A stretch of DNA of 56,618 nucleotides from a virus (Duplodnaviria > Caudoviricetes), in the IMG/VR virus record IMGVR_UViG_3300023174_000199, positions 1-56,618 of that record. One strand, 5' to 3'. The translations under genes were made by a program, and so were the position numbers. Below the pieces are notes generated by a model, which saw only the letters and a list, made by a program, of their open reading frames with translations, did no database searches and was not told where the DNA came from. Of this stretch, positions 55,147-56,618 are shown one piece after another (positions within the stretch are counted from its first letter, which is position 1; every line of letters begins with the position of its first letter).

Positions 55147-55158
55147 CATTACCCTACG

Positions 55159-55188
55159 AAAAAGAAAGGGCCGATAGGCCCTTTTTTT
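55159..55188 (+). terminator. Rho-independent terminator
   Basis: AAAGGGCC-GATA-GGCCCTTT followed by a T-run. Confidence 0.88.
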
Positions 55189-55220
55189 ATATAAGACTGA
55201 AAGCTTGTGGTTACTACAAC

Positions 55221-55228
55221 CATAAATA
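55221..55228 (+). promoter_or_regulatory. Late promoter variant
   Basis: CATAAATA just after the terminator. Confidence 0.65.
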
Positions 55229-55261
55229 ATTCAATTAAACGAATATCTTTTAGGGAAACCC

Positions 55262-55591
55262 ATGGCAGTTACATCTAACTTAGTGATTGATCAAGGTGCT
55301 AACTTCACCGTAACTATTAACTATAGCGATGATAGCGGTGTACCCAATAACCTGACTGGTTATACAGCACGCGCACAGATGCGCAAATCATACTATTCAG
55401 CAAATTCTATCAGCTTTACCTCTACAATTACAGATGCCGCAAACGGTGAAATTAGTCTTTCTATGACTGCTGCAAATACCAGTAATGTTAAGCCCGGCCG
55501 TTATGTGTACGATGTGACTGTTGGTCTTGGTATTAATGTGCTTAGAATTGTAGAGGGTATTGTTACGGTTCTACCCGGAGTTACCAGATAA
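55262..55591 (+). CDS. Conserved T4-like virion protein (Ig-like)
   Basis: NLVIDQGA.F...AQMRK...GRYVYDV...RIVEGIVTV.PGVTR. Confidence 0.75.
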   Translation: MAVTSNLVIDQGANFTVTINYSDDSGVPNNLTGYTARAQMRKSYYSANSISFTSTITDAANGEISLSMTAANTSNVKPGRYVYDVTVGLGINVLRIVEGIVTVLPGVTR

Positions 55592-56618
55592 ATGGCAATT
55601 AATATAAAGGGGCCTAAGACCCCTAAAATATCTGTTACACAGGGTGATCAAGGTGTAGCGGCTATTATCGTTCGAAGCGGTGGGGGCGGTATTGGAGGTG
55701 GTGCAGATAGTCTATCTGGGTTAAAAGATGTTAACGTTTCTGGGGTACAGAGCAACCAAACAATCTTTTATAATGCTACCTCAGGGACATACGACGCAAG
55801 GTTTGTAAACCTTCGTTATGATTCTACTAGCGATTATGTAGACAGGTTATTTGCTGGTACTGGTATTACAATTACTAACGCTGTTGGTCATGGCGTACAA
55901 CCAATTTTATCTCTTACACCGTCTGGGGTTGCAGCAGGTACATACGGTAGTAATGTATCAATACCTGTTATTGTTGTTGATACCTACGGCAGAATTAATA
56001 CTATTTCTAATCTTACGATTACAAGTAATATTCTTCCGCTATCTTCTAACACTGGTATCTACTTTAATAAAGAGACTGGGGTTTTCTATCTCGGGCAAAA
56101 CGTTGATACAACCTCTAATGTTACTTTCAATAAGGTAACAGTTGGTAATGTATCAGTTATAGGTGGTGTTACTGCGCAATCGGTTGCAGCTAATGTATGG
56201 TCAGGAATCTATACCGCCAACGTTGTTGAAACATCTGGTAATCTATACCTTACAAATGCAAGAGTAAGAACTGCATTATCTGTTAACGATCAAGGTGGTG
56301 ATGGTTCACTTACTTACAATAACGCCAACGGTCAGTTTACATACATTGGACCGTCACCAACTGAAGCCCGCGCCCATTTAGCCGGTAGCAACGGCATCTA
56401 TTATAACAATGCTAATGGTATATTTAACATTGGCCAAAATGTTGATACAACATCCAATGTTACTTTTAATGATGTAACTGTCTCGGGTAAGTTATACTCA
56501 AACGACATTACATTTAACGATATTACAGTTGCAGGTAACTTAACTGTTACCGGTACAACAACGTCTATTAATACTGACGAACTGAATATTGCTGACAATA
56601 AGATTGTCTTAAACAGTG
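55592..56618 (+). CDS. Tail fibre-like protein (partial, runs off the window)
   Basis: ATG 55592: MAINIKGPKTPK...LSGLKDV...GVAAGTYGS; repeated GQNVDTTSNVTFN. Absent from the ORF track because it has no stop. Confidence 0.75.
   Translation, partial: MAINIKGPKTPKISVTQGDQGVAAIIVRSGGGGIGGGADSLSGLKDVNVSGVQSNQTIFYNATSGTYDARFVNLRYDSTSDYVDRLFAGTGITITNAVGHGVQPILSLTPSGVAAGTYGSNVSIPVIVVDTYGRINTISNLTITSNILPLSSNTGIYFNKETGVFYLGQNVDTTSNVTFNKVTVGNVSVIGGVTAQSVAANVWSGIYTANVVETSGNLYLTNARVRTALSVNDQGGDGSLTYNNANGQFTYIGPSPTEARAHLAGSNGIYYNNANGIFNIGQNVDTTSNVTFNDVTVSGKLYSNDITFNDITVAGNLTVTGTTTSINTDELNIADNKIVLNS

Overview
A 56.6 kb segment of a large T4-like myovirus of the environmental, cyanophage/pelagiphage-like type. 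A proteobacterial, possibly betaproteobacterial, host is a weak inference. The left ~16 kb holds nucleotide metabolism, replication and auxiliary genes: the nrdB end, dCMP deaminase, a TagD-like cytidylyltransferase, denA-like endonuclease, rnh, dsbA, phoH, GH19 lysin, exonuclease, 2OG-Fe(II) oxygenase, SleB-like hydrolase, gp33, gp59 and gp32. A minus-strand block (gp29-like, holin, gp51, gp26, gp54, gp2, gp4) follows. A long plus-strand baseplate and fibre region then runs to the end (gp48, gp53, hub, split gp5, PAAR, gp25, gp6, gp7, gp8, a large structural protein and glycine-rich adhesin-like proteins), with many TATAAATA-type late promoters. The most interesting signals are missed by the ORF track. 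(1) A circularly permuted two-piece tmRNA encodes the tag ANDSKFALAA. (2) Three genes end in a correctly phased -1 slippery heptamer whose -1 frame stays open across the following gap, and two have a long stem 4-6 nt downstream; this suggests phage-wide programmed frameshifting, including a G/GT-like gp26/gp51 fusion. (3) Two intergenic pseudoknots are present. (4) gp5 is genetically split and carries two different peptidoglycan hydrolases. (5) One fibre protein has nested, Russian-doll domain insertions. All calls come from reading the sequence; no database searches were run.
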